Shown here: positions 8,750 through 17,079 of the stretch, one piece after another
Numbering within the stretch: position 1 is the stretch's first letter
How the letters are laid out: each line of letters starts with the position of its first letter
From: a virus
DNA length: 64,000 bases
IMG/VR virus record: IMGVR_UViG_3300045971_000356
Location: 102,303 to 166,302 of that record
Direction: 5' to 3' (one strand)
Translations under genes and position numbers: made by a program
Notes under the pieces: generated by a model
Database searches by the model: none
What the model saw: only the letters and a program-made list of their open reading frames with translations
Told to the model about the DNA's origin: nothing

Positions 8750-9091
8750 ATGGCATACGCGACAGTGTTAATGACAAACGGTGTTGAAATTAAAAAGGCA
8801 CCAATTGGCTTTTCGTGGACTACGTTTTTCTTTGGCGGGTGGGTTGGTTTACTGCGCCAAGACTGGCTCAAAGGCAGTATCATCCTTGTTGGTGGGCTTT
8901 GCACCTATGGCATTGTGGGTATGGTGGCTGCTTTCTTCTACAATAAACTCTACATCAAAGGCTTGTTTGATCAAGGATATCGCGTTCACGCATTGCCACC
9001 AAATGTCTCAGAAGAAACACTACGCATCTACTGCGAGTATGTCGCGCTCCCTGGCGCTAAGGTACCTGCTGACAAGTCAGTAGCAGTTTAA
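8750..9091 (+). CDS. Membrane protein, HrgC/DUF2628-like
   Basis: KAPIGFSWTTFFFG...FYNKLYI with TM segments. Confidence 0.7.
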   Translation: MAYATVLMTNGVEIKKAPIGFSWTTFFFGGWVGLLRQDWLKGSIILVGGLCTYGIVGMVAAFFYNKLYIKGLFDQGYRVHALPPNVSEETLRIYCEYVALPGAKVPADKSVAV

Positions 9092-9390
9092 TTTTGATTG
9101 GACCTGTGTAAATTTTACACGGGTTCAATAGAAATATAAGTTGGAGTATGTTAAGTGTCGTATATAAGAATTGATGGATTTAGCGATAACCAAATGAAGC
9201 ACGCCGACATTTTGTGGCAACTACAATCTCAAGAAGAAGTTGAATTTTACTTGTCGGGGTTATTTAATAAAGATTGGGCGGACGCACAGATTGCTCTTCA
9301 CATGATTGCGGCTGAGGCTATTGACGGTATCAATCAAATTGAACCAGAGGTTGAAGAAATTATTAACAATATGAAGTAAAAGGCTTAATT

Positions 9391-9818
9391 ATGTTTTCAG
9401 AATCAAGATTCAAGCATTATCAAACAGGAGATGCAATCATTGATGCTCACCATCGTAATATTTTATCGTTAGCTGATGATACAATGGAACATTTGATTAA
9501 ATGGAAAGAATGCTTTACTGCTAACTGTCAATGCCAAGTTAACAATGTAATTCAAAATTTTATTGATGCACTAACTGATCATATCAATGAAGAAAATAAA
9601 TTCATGGATGACAATTTGTTTCAATATAGGGACATACATAAGAAAATTCATGAGCATTTTCTTATAGACGTTAAAAAGCAGTAGAATTTTATCAAAACTC
9701 AAGAGAGTCTGCCACACATGTTCAACATAAGTTGTATAAGTTAGTAGAACTATATTACTACCATATTGATAATTATGACTTGCAAATGGTACAGTGGATT
9801 AAGGAAAATAAAAAATGA
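9391..9818 (+). pseudogene. Hemerythrin-domain protein with a 1-nt frameshift in an A5 run
   Basis: IDAHH, HINEE and HKKIH in frame 0; final HIDNYD motif in the shifted frame after 9673-9677. Confidence 0.7.
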
Positions 9819-10507
9819 TGACAGAAGTATATGTTCGTAAAATGGCATCTATTCAAAAGATTGCCGAAGTAAAGGCTATTCCTGATGCAGATAAAATCTG
9901 TGCCTACCGTGTCAACGGGTGGTGGATTGTTGACCAAGTCGGCAAGTACGTCGTGGGCGATCTCGTTGTGTACGCAGAACCAGATTCATTCATCCCGGCC
10001 ACACTTGCACCTTTCTTGACAAAGCCAGGGCATTTTCCCAAGACGTATCTTAGTGTTGAAGGTGAAAAACTTCGAACTATCCGTCTGCGCAAGCAATTGT
10101 CTCAGGGACTGTTGCTGCCGCTAAATGTTGTGTTTGATGCCATGACGATGGAGCAGCGTTTGATTGCTGGCTCTGACGAGCTGATTGAAGGTACTGATGT
10201 ATCTGAAACACTGAATATCGTAAAGTGGGAAGCACCACCTGAGTTTACCTCTGCTGATGCTCGTGGATCATTTCCATCGTTCATCATCAAGACTGACCAA
10301 GAACGTGTGCAAAATTGTTTCGCCGATATGGAAGAACATTTTGAGCACCAAACATGGGAAGTTACAGAGAAGTGCGAAGGCTCTTCAATGACTGTGTATT
10401 TCCGAGATGGTGATTTTGGTGTCTGCAGCAGAAATTTAAATTTACTTGGAACTAAGTTTTTGCCATTTTCTTTTGATGATGAGCAAGTTGAAGATAAGAC
10501 TGTCTAG
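9815..10507 (+). CDS. RNA ligase (DRB0094/Rnl5-like), N-terminal half
   Basis: RKMASIQ, RLRKQLSQGL, KTDQERVQN, motif I EKCEGSS, CSRN. Confidence 0.88.
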   Translation: MMTEVYVRKMASIQKIAEVKAIPDADKICAYRVNGWWIVDQVGKYVVGDLVVYAEPDSFIPATLAPFLTKPGHFPKTYLSVEGEKLRTIRLRKQLSQGLLLPLNVVFDAMTMEQRLIAGSDELIEGTDVSETLNIVKWEAPPEFTSADARGSFPSFIIKTDQERVQNCFADMEEHFEHQTWEVTEKCEGSSMTVYFRDGDFGVCSRNLNLLGTKFLPFSFDDEQVEDKTV

Positions 10508-11261
10508 TCCGATTTAAATGATTGACTGTCATTACCTTTCGGTCGGATAGTCTACTACACAATAATTTGGCTGGGACGTTGGTTTTCTTATTGTTAACCC
10601 AACGATTGAACTCCATAAGTCTCATCACCTTTTTATCTATTAGTCTAGAAACATAAGTGATGTGCTTAGTTACACAGGCAAGTTTAGCGGATTTTGATTG
10701 AAGCTTTTTAGTTTCTGTTGATCTTTTACTACCATAATTTATACCCACATAGTTAGAAAGAGTTGGGTCATCTTTATGAATTCTAAAACAAATACCTGTT
10801 TTATTATCCTTTACTGTAATCCAATTCTTTTGACTATTTGATATATTTTTCTTGTGAGATTCACTAATGCATTTTCCAGTTTGGAAAGATACTAACTCTC
10901 CAGAAATATAACGAGGATCATTAACAGATACCCTAAACATAACACCAGTAGAATCTTTTACTACAACTAGATTTTTATTTGTGGGAGGATTTCCACCAAA
11001 AGATTTATTTAGTAATAATGGATGTCCCCAATGTTCTTTAATAAGATTTTGTTCAAAGTCGTTTGCATCTTGTGATTCATAAAATACCGCTAAAATTTCA
11101 TAATTATAATTGTCAAAATTTGGTTTTACAATTTTAGATGATGTCTTGTAAACAATTCCCAAATCAAATTCTGCTGGTACTTTATTTGCTTTCCTAAAAC
11201 CAAAATAAAATTCCGATGTTGTTTTATGAGTACACTTGTATACGTAGGGATAAATATTCAT
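10452..11261 (-). CDS. GIY-YIG/Seg-like homing endonuclease splitting the RNA ligase
   Basis: YPYVYKCTH...FYFGFR..Y.TSS N-terminus; basic C-terminal repeats; antisense. Confidence 0.75.
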   Translation of the reverse strand: MNIYPYVYKCTHKTTSEFYFGFRKANKVPAEFDLGIVYKTSSKIVKPNFDNYNYEILAVFYESQDANDFEQNLIKEHWGHPLLLNKSFGGNPPTNKNLVVVKDSTGVMFRVSVNDPRYISGELVSFQTGKCISESHKKNISNSQKNWITVKDNKTGICFRIHKDDPTLSNYVGINYGSKRSTETKKLQSKSAKLACVTKHITYVSRLIDKKVMRLMEFNRWVNNKKTNVPAKLLCSRLSDRKVMTVNHLNRTRQSYLQLAHHQKKMAKT

Positions 11262-11315
11262 GCTGGCATTCCTTTCAATGTTAGAGTTCATGGGTGTTCC
11301 ACCACCGCGATGAAC
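11260..11315 (-). ncRNA. Candidate structured leader of the HEG, copy 1
   Basis: GTTCAT-CGC-GGTG-loop-CACC-C-ATGAAC-TCTAA-hairpin-CCAGCA; same architecture as 46450-46515. Confidence 0.6.
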
Positions 11316-11322
11316 ATTTTTA

Positions 11323-11351
11323 TTGACACATATTAAACAATGTGTTATAAT
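11323..11351 (+). promoter_or_regulatory. Sigma70 promoter for the ligase C-terminal half
   Basis: TTGACA-N17-TATAAT. Confidence 0.8.
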
Positions 11352-11384
11352 ATATTTATCATATTTAATGGAAGTTTGGAAATT

Positions 11385-11942
11385 ATGATTGAAATTATTT
11401 CAAAAGATCAATTAGCAACATTACACATTGGTGACAAATTCATATATCGAGGAGCTGAGTATGTTGCTCAGTCGGAACCATACGAAAAGAATGGTCAAAT
11501 TGGTGTAGATGTAGATACAGACAATACGTTCTGGAAGATGGCACTTGAACTTGGTTTGAGGGAAAAGTTGACTAATGAAGGGTTAAACATTGCTATTCAA
11601 GGTGAACTATGTGGCCCTGGTATTCAAGGTAACATTTATAACTTGAGCAAGCACATGTTCTTTGTGTTTGATATTTTTGATATTGATCGTTTTGAATATA
11701 TTGTACCAAAATTGCGTAGAGATATCACTAAGGCTTTTGGGTTAACTGATGCACCTGTGCTTGAATGTGAAGCAACATTGTCTGGTCAAACATGCGCGTC
11801 ACTGCTAAATAAGGCAGATGGGCACTCTGTGCTTGGGCTAATTGGGTGTGCTCGTGAAGGTCTTGTCTTCAAGGCAAATTCTGACAGGCGAATTTCATTC
11901 AAAGCAGTTAGCAACAAATATTTAGAAAATATCAAAGATTAA
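11385..11942 (+). CDS. RNA ligase (DRB0094-like), C-terminal half
   Basis: NTFW, IQGELCGPGIQGN, FVFDI, REGLVFK, SFKAVSNKYL (motifs III-V). Confidence 0.88.
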   Translation: MIEIISKDQLATLHIGDKFIYRGAEYVAQSEPYEKNGQIGVDVDTDNTFWKMALELGLREKLTNEGLNIAIQGELCGPGIQGNIYNLSKHMFFVFDIFDIDRFEYIVPKLRRDITKAFGLTDAPVLECEATLSGQTCASLLNKADGHSVLGLIGCAREGLVFKANSDRRISFKAVSNKYLENIKD

Positions 11943-12227
11943 ATTAAGGAAATTAAATGAAAGAAAAATTTGTTAAACTTGTGATAATATGCGCTGTCGC
12001 CAGCGTCGGTGTTATTTTAGCTGACTTAGTATTGGTACTGAGTAGGGTATGAGTCTATTAGACTGGTTTTCAACGTACCGGCCGTTTGAGATGCCACTGG
12101 TTCCGCCAATGGCGGAACGATCTATGGTATATTATATACCACCTCCCAATACAACTTATACAACCATAGTATCAAAATATAAACCATTTTACTACTGTTC
12201 GAAGCCGTCTGTTAAACGGTGGAAACG

Positions 12228-12440
12228 ATGAAACAATATAATGATGACGATGAAAAATTGCTAAGGACCGCAGTAAAGGCATTCATAATGTTTGCTTTTG
12301 TAGTTCTTTTTGCTATAATGTCAGTATGGATCATTGTGTTTGCTTTTGCTGTAAAAACAAGTGAGACCATTGAAAAAGACGGGTTAAAAGCCGTAGTTGA
12401 ATCAGTTTGGTGTGGTAAAAATAAACAGTGCCTTAAATAA
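12228..12440 (+). CDS. Small membrane protein
   Basis: One hydrophobic segment. Confidence 0.55.
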   Translation: MKQYNDDDEKLLRTAVKAFIMFAFVVLFAIMSVWIIVFAFAVKTSETIEKDGLKAVVESVWCGKNKQCLK

Positions 12441-13276
12441 TGAAAAATCTTGTCCCATTTGAAGAAGTTGATGAATTAGAAAAGCTATTAGCCGATGCCG
12501 CCGCTCTGGACGAAGTCGAAACACCATCTTTGGTTTTATCTAAAGGCGGGTTCCTTACTTTTCATAATTGGGTATACGATGAAGCAGTAGGAAAAGGTGA
12601 GTATGTTGACGTTGATATAACTAACGACTGGCTACATAAGCGCGATAAAGACATTGTACTTGCTCCTGGTGTTACGCTCAATGACGTATTTTTATTCGTC
12701 TCTCGAGACGCAGAAATTTGGGACATTATCCTTACTAACTGCTATGTTAAAAAGTTTGTCGAGACTTGGAAAAAAATTGATCAAGCATCAATTAAATTTA
12801 CACACGAGTACGATCCAGAAGCAATCGAATACTTAGAAGTTTATTGGGCGCCAGATTTGTTTACGTGGGCAGGCAAAACTAAAATTTCAGGTGTATCACG
12901 TGCTGACTTGCATGGCAAAGGATTTGTGCTGCAAGATGACAAATACGAAGACGAAGAAAAAACTTACAAACTTTACTCCAAAGGCACCCGGATTCAATGG
13001 GGTGTTGATTTTACACCACTGATAGATTTGCTTGGCTTGCCTATTCAACTTGACACACAATTTAAAATCCAGCAAGAATGGCAAAAATACATGAAGCTGG
13101 ATGAAATTGCAACACTGCTTGATGCACATCGTGATTATAGTTTGCAAGAAGTGCTTGAAGGTATCTTTTGGGAACTAAGTTTTTACGGTGGTGAAGTTGA
13201 AAAACTTGAAAAACGCGATGAAGTGATGGCGATTAAAGATTCTATTGATTTTAAAAATTTAAGTATTGAGCCATGA
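12440..13276 (+). CDS. Hypothetical protein
   Basis: 278 aa ORF with TAATG coupling. Confidence 0.8.
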   Translation: MKNLVPFEEVDELEKLLADAAALDEVETPSLVLSKGGFLTFHNWVYDEAVGKGEYVDVDITNDWLHKRDKDIVLAPGVTLNDVFLFVSRDAEIWDIILTNCYVKKFVETWKKIDQASIKFTHEYDPEAIEYLEVYWAPDLFTWAGKTKISGVSRADLHGKGFVLQDDKYEDEEKTYKLYSKGTRIQWGVDFTPLIDLLGLPIQLDTQFKIQQEWQKYMKLDEIATLLDAHRDYSLQEVLEGIFWELSFYGGEVEKLEKRDEVMAIKDSIDFKNLSIEP

Positions 13277-13755
13277 AAGTTGGATTACGCCTTGGTAAAT
13301 GTGTTCTTGACATTGTCAAGGGTGACGTGTTAATTACAGACGTTCTTGTAATTGTCGCTAATTCACGGATAAATCCAAAAAATGATGAACAGTGGGCCAA
13401 GGTTTGGAACGTTTACAAAAATGAATCTAAAATTTGGGACGTTGGGATTCACGAAGAAGTTTTCAAGTACACTTTGCGCAGATTATTTGAACTTGGTAAA
13501 CTGCATCAGCCAAAAACGTATGGTGGCAGAACTCATTCTTTTAAAGAACCTTGGGTTGATATAGTCCCAACTCTTAGAGATACAGCAATTCCAGAAAATT
13601 TCAATATTCCAGGAAAACCGACGCCGAAACCGCTACCTAAATTAGGGTCAACAAGGCCTGCCACTCTTGCGGCAGAACAGCCAACGACAATGGCACCCAC
13701 AGTAATAGCATCGTTTCCAGAAATTGCAACAATAATGCCTGACATTATCTTGTGA
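13273..13755 (+). CDS. Hypothetical phage protein
   Basis: ATGA overlap; GKLHQP motif. Confidence 0.75.
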   Translation: MKVGLRLGKCVLDIVKGDVLITDVLVIVANSRINPKNDEQWAKVWNVYKNESKIWDVGIHEEVFKYTLRRLFELGKLHQPKTYGGRTHSFKEPWVDIVPTLRDTAIPENFNIPGKPTPKPLPKLGSTRPATLAAEQPTTMAPTVIASFPEIATIMPDIIL

Positions 13756-13818
13756 TTGTTACACAATAACAACATAAAAATACTTGACTTTTGGTCCAAA
13801 TGCCGTTATAATAGCAGC

Positions 13819-14169
13819 ATGAAGACAAAAATGTTAGCACTTTCAGCAATTATTGTACTGTCCGGTTGCGCCACAAAGCAACGTATGGACATTAAAATGC
13901 TGGAGAGATTGCCAGTCGATTGCGACCAAGCAGCAGCAGCACAACGATTTTTTGAACATCATTTGACGACGTCAGATGAGCGGATAACTGCCGTTTTTGA
14001 CCGTAACTGGTACAATGCAGCATTTAGTCCTGAAAAATTGAGTCAGGGTAATCAAATACTCTCAAGGGAATACGATGCAGTGGCAAGAAATAAACTCGAT
14101 CAATTGCGCAACTGCCCAAGCGCATTGCCATACAATAATCCAGAACATCAATATTTGAAATCGCAATGA
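13819..14169 (+). CDS. Lipoprotein
   Basis: Lipobox LSGC; start 6 nt after TATAAT (13807-13812). Confidence 0.75.
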   Translation: MKTKMLALSAIIVLSGCATKQRMDIKMLERLPVDCDQAAAAQRFFEHHLTTSDERITAVFDRNWYNAAFSPEKLSQGNQILSREYDAVARNKLDQLRNCPSALPYNNPEHQYLKSQ

Positions 14170-14774
14170 AACTCTTTACATTAACTGCGATGGCAATGTT
14201 GGTTGGGTGCTCAAGCACACCTCCGGTGGTACATCGCCCAGTCGTAGAACGTGAACAAGTTTGCACTATGCGCTCTACTGCGCACACACAAATAACACAA
14301 ACTCTTGAAGATGTGGCAGACATTCGTCCCATGATAACAAGCGTTGGTAACAATGCATATAAATGCTCGATAACTGCTCGTGTACAATATAAGCAGGCGT
14401 GGTATAATGTGTACGGTGAAAACACAGATTCGTTGTCAGTATCACAAAATGATGTATGTCTTGCCGCCGTTAAAGATGCAATGGTTACATTTTTAGCAGG
14501 CAAAGAATCAACCACAGTCACAGCAGAGCAGCAGATGGTGTGTACTGATGAACCCGCTATTAAAACTCGCCCAGTTGAAAAGGGTGAGAGGATTAGGATT
14601 AGTGAAGTTAAGCCGCATCCTGCAAAACCAACCTCGTTCCCATACAATGGAACTGAGTGCAAGATGTTTATTGAGCAAGGCGTTCGTAATAGCATGCTTT
14701 ACGAATGGCAGGGTGTTGCATGTAAAACAGGTAGGAACGGTGGCGATGAATGGACCGTCCTTGATAAATTTTAA
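14166..14774 (+). CDS. Lipoprotein
   Basis: Lipobox LVGC; several Cys. Confidence 0.8.
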   Translation: MKLFTLTAMAMLVGCSSTPPVVHRPVVEREQVCTMRSTAHTQITQTLEDVADIRPMITSVGNNAYKCSITARVQYKQAWYNVYGENTDSLSVSQNDVCLAAVKDAMVTFLAGKESTTVTAEQQMVCTDEPAIKTRPVEKGERIRISEVKPHPAKPTSFPYNGTECKMFIEQGVRNSMLYEWQGVACKTGRNGGDEWTVLDKF

Positions 14775-14797
14775 CTTAAGAAAGTGTAGGCAGTAAA

Positions 14798-15307
14798 ATG
14801 AAACGCAGTATGACAGCCCTTGTGGCAGTAACTTTGATGGTAATCGCAGGCTGCTCGTCAGCCCCTAAAGCACCTGAACCAGTAATGGCAGCACCCAAAA
14901 CGGTGATGTCAAACGTGCCTGATTGGTACGTCACGGTGCCCCCAGCACCTGCTGGCTATGTATTTGCAGCCGGAACAGCAGTAAGCCGCGATTTGTCCAT
15001 GAGCAAGGCAAAAGCACATTTGGACGCTGAAATTCAGCTTGCCAACAGGATTGCTGCGGAGGTAAGTACGATGATGAAAGATTATCGTCGTGACGCAGGC
15101 GATGATTTTGCCCAAGTAACTGAAATGGTTACAAATAAGGTGGCTTCCCGTGTTAAACTTGCTGCCAAAACGGACAAGACTATTATTATTTCCGAAGGCG
15201 GCGGGTTTCGCACGTATGTTTTGCTGCTTTCGTCAGATTTGAACGTAGCTGCACTACAGGCAGATAAGAATGCCGCAGAACGCGAGCTAGCAATGCGTAC
15301 GAACTAG
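14798..15307 (+). CDS. LPP20-like lipoprotein
   Basis: Lipobox IAGC; VPDWY...AAGTAVS.DLSMS..KA. Confidence 0.75.
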   Translation: MKRSMTALVAVTLMVIAGCSSAPKAPEPVMAAPKTVMSNVPDWYVTVPPAPAGYVFAAGTAVSRDLSMSKAKAHLDAEIQLANRIAAEVSTMMKDYRRDAGDDFAQVTEMVTNKVASRVKLAAKTDKTIIISEGGGFRTYVLLLSSDLNVAALQADKNAAERELAMRTN

Positions 15308-15324
15308 CATCCAGCCAAAATGAC

Positions 15325-15350
15325 AGAAAAGGGGCGAAAGCCCCTTTTCT
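15325..15350. terminator. Bidirectional intrinsic terminator
   Basis: AGAAAAGGGG-CGAAAG-CCCCTTTTCT. Confidence 0.8.
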
Positions 15351-15377
15351 TACGAGCTCGTATTCATAAATAAGTTG

Positions 15378-15851
15378 GTGCATGACAAAGAAACGCTAGT
15401 TAAACTGCTAAATACTCCGCTGCCAAGTAAACGGGTTCAACGCCGTGCCAATTATCGCCCAACAAAAGAGCAAATGGGGCTGATTTACGATATACTCAAT
15501 GATGTACTATTTGAGGGTAAACTCAAAAAACCCACGATTTACATGCGATCAATGAAATTTTGGGGGCTATGCTCTGTATACGATGCACCAAAAATCTTCT
15601 CCATTATTAGAATTAATAACGAATGTTTTTGCTTACATTGGTTTATCCTAATTTTAGCGCACGAAATGGTGCATCAGCATCAATGGGAGATAGATGGCCC
15701 AGAGATTACAAAGGCTGGCGGTGAAATAATGGTTGATCATAATGAGTCCTTTTTTAAGTTCACTGATAAGTTTATCGAGAATGGGCTTTCGTTAAAAGAA
15801 GCATACAGTAAACACGAGTGGATAAAGCACCAAGATCTTACTAAATTATAA
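15378..15851 (+). CDS. SprT-like zinc metalloprotease
   Basis: LAHEMVH (HExxH) plus downstream H..F; late promoter upstream; start codon uncertain. Confidence 0.75.
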   Translation: MHDKETLVKLLNTPLPSKRVQRRANYRPTKEQMGLIYDILNDVLFEGKLKKPTIYMRSMKFWGLCSVYDAPKIFSIIRINNECFCLHWFILILAHEMVHQHQWEIDGPEITKAGGEIMVDHNESFFKFTDKFIENGLSLKEAYSKHEWIKHQDLTKL

Positions 15852-15892
15852 AGAAAACTGTGCAGCATAAATACTATAACAGGATTTTGAAA

Positions 15893-16261
15893 ATGCCAAA
15901 CGACACTTCATTTATACGAGAACTGATCAATTTCATTGATCAACGGCTAGCTGCCCAAGAGCAAACTACTGCGGTTGGGAGTAACCCGGAAGACCAAAGT
16001 ACCGACGTTGGCAATGCTAACCAATCTGGCGTGAACCCAATGGATCGCGACGATATTTTTGTCCCACCGTTGCAAGCTAAGTTAGAAATCATGAAGAAGC
16101 TGTCTGGCATCCCGCTTAAAGATGAAACGTTAAAACAATCACAAGAACAAGGCGGGCCAACACTCAGTGATGAGCAAGTCGTCGCGCCGTCTCAAGCACA
16201 AGAGCTTAAAAAACATCTAACTATAGCAGATTTGTTCGGTAACGATGTAACAGGGGAATAG
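15893..16261 (+). CDS. Hypothetical late protein
   Basis: ATAAATA upstream; FVPPLQAKLE motif. Confidence 0.65.
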   Translation: MPNDTSFIRELINFIDQRLAAQEQTTAVGSNPEDQSTDVGNANQSGVNPMDRDDIFVPPLQAKLEIMKKLSGIPLKDETLKQSQEQGGPTLSDEQVVAPSQAQELKKHLTIADLFGNDVTGE

Positions 16262-16262
16262 C

Positions 16263-16994
16263 ATGGCGGGTGAAGGCTTTAACAACCCGAATACTACACA
16301 CGAGATTTTTAGTAGTCGTGTAAAAGTCCCAGCTACTGAATATGTTGGCCAGCAAGGTCGCTTATTTTATCACGAAGATACAGGTGAGTTGCGTATTAGT
16401 GACGGTGTAACACCACATGGTCACCCAATCTTCACACAAACTACATCCACTGGCAGCGTAACGCTATCATTATATGCTTCCAATGGAACACCAGCCAACA
16501 CTCCAATGGCAGTGGGAAATAACTCAACTGCGATGGGTGACGGTGCTATATCGTATGCTACTGGTAGTGTAACCCAATCGTCAGGCATATTTACTTCATA
16601 CGGTGATGCGCAAACTGGTAGTTATGTTTTTAGAACAGTCACAGTCAATAACTCATGGATGGAGATGTTTTTAGATGGCGTAACACAGAGGCTGATTATT
16701 CCAGCAAATGCGACGGTATCGTTTACTGCTAAAATCATTGCTCGTAGAACAGATTCAGGTAATGAAGGCGGAATTTACGAGATTAAAGGTGGAGTTGATA
16801 AAGGGCAATTCAACTCAAGCATTGCTCTTATTGGTAAAATCAACAAAACAGTAGTTTCAGAAGACAATCCAATCTGGGATGTCAATATAGATGTAGACAC
16901 TACGACCGGAGCACTTCGAATCTGGGTTAAAGGTGAGAACGGCAAAACAATACGCTGGGTCGCACATTTAGAAACAGTCGAAGTTCGTGACTAA
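16263..16994 (+). CDS. Virion/tail-associated protein
   Basis: N-terminal GRLFY..LRISDGVTP.G; C-terminal domain paralogous to the tip of 34540..37626. Confidence 0.7.
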   Translation: MAGEGFNNPNTTHEIFSSRVKVPATEYVGQQGRLFYHEDTGELRISDGVTPHGHPIFTQTTSTGSVTLSLYASNGTPANTPMAVGNNSTAMGDGAISYATGSVTQSSGIFTSYGDAQTGSYVFRTVTVNNSWMEMFLDGVTQRLIIPANATVSFTAKIIARRTDSGNEGGIYEIKGGVDKGQFNSSIALIGKINKTVVSEDNPIWDVNIDVDTTTGALRIWVKGENGKTIRWVAHLETVEVRD

Positions 16995-17012
16995 ACCGCA
17001 CTATTTAAGTTT

Positions 17013-17039
17013 AAAGCCCTGGAATCGCAGGGCTTTTTC
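17013..17039 (+). terminator. Intrinsic terminator
   Basis: AAAGCCCTG-loop-CAGGGCTTTTT. Confidence 0.75.
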
Positions 17040-17079
17040 ATGATTATCTATATGTAAAGCGTTCACGATAAATAAGAAC

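Noticed and set aside
10440-11390. Group I intron or split intein explaining the interrupted ligases (also 47150-47830)
   Set aside because: HEG ORFs overlap the upstream half, leaving too little non-coding sequence for a ribozyme core; no Cys/Ser start or His-Asn end motifs
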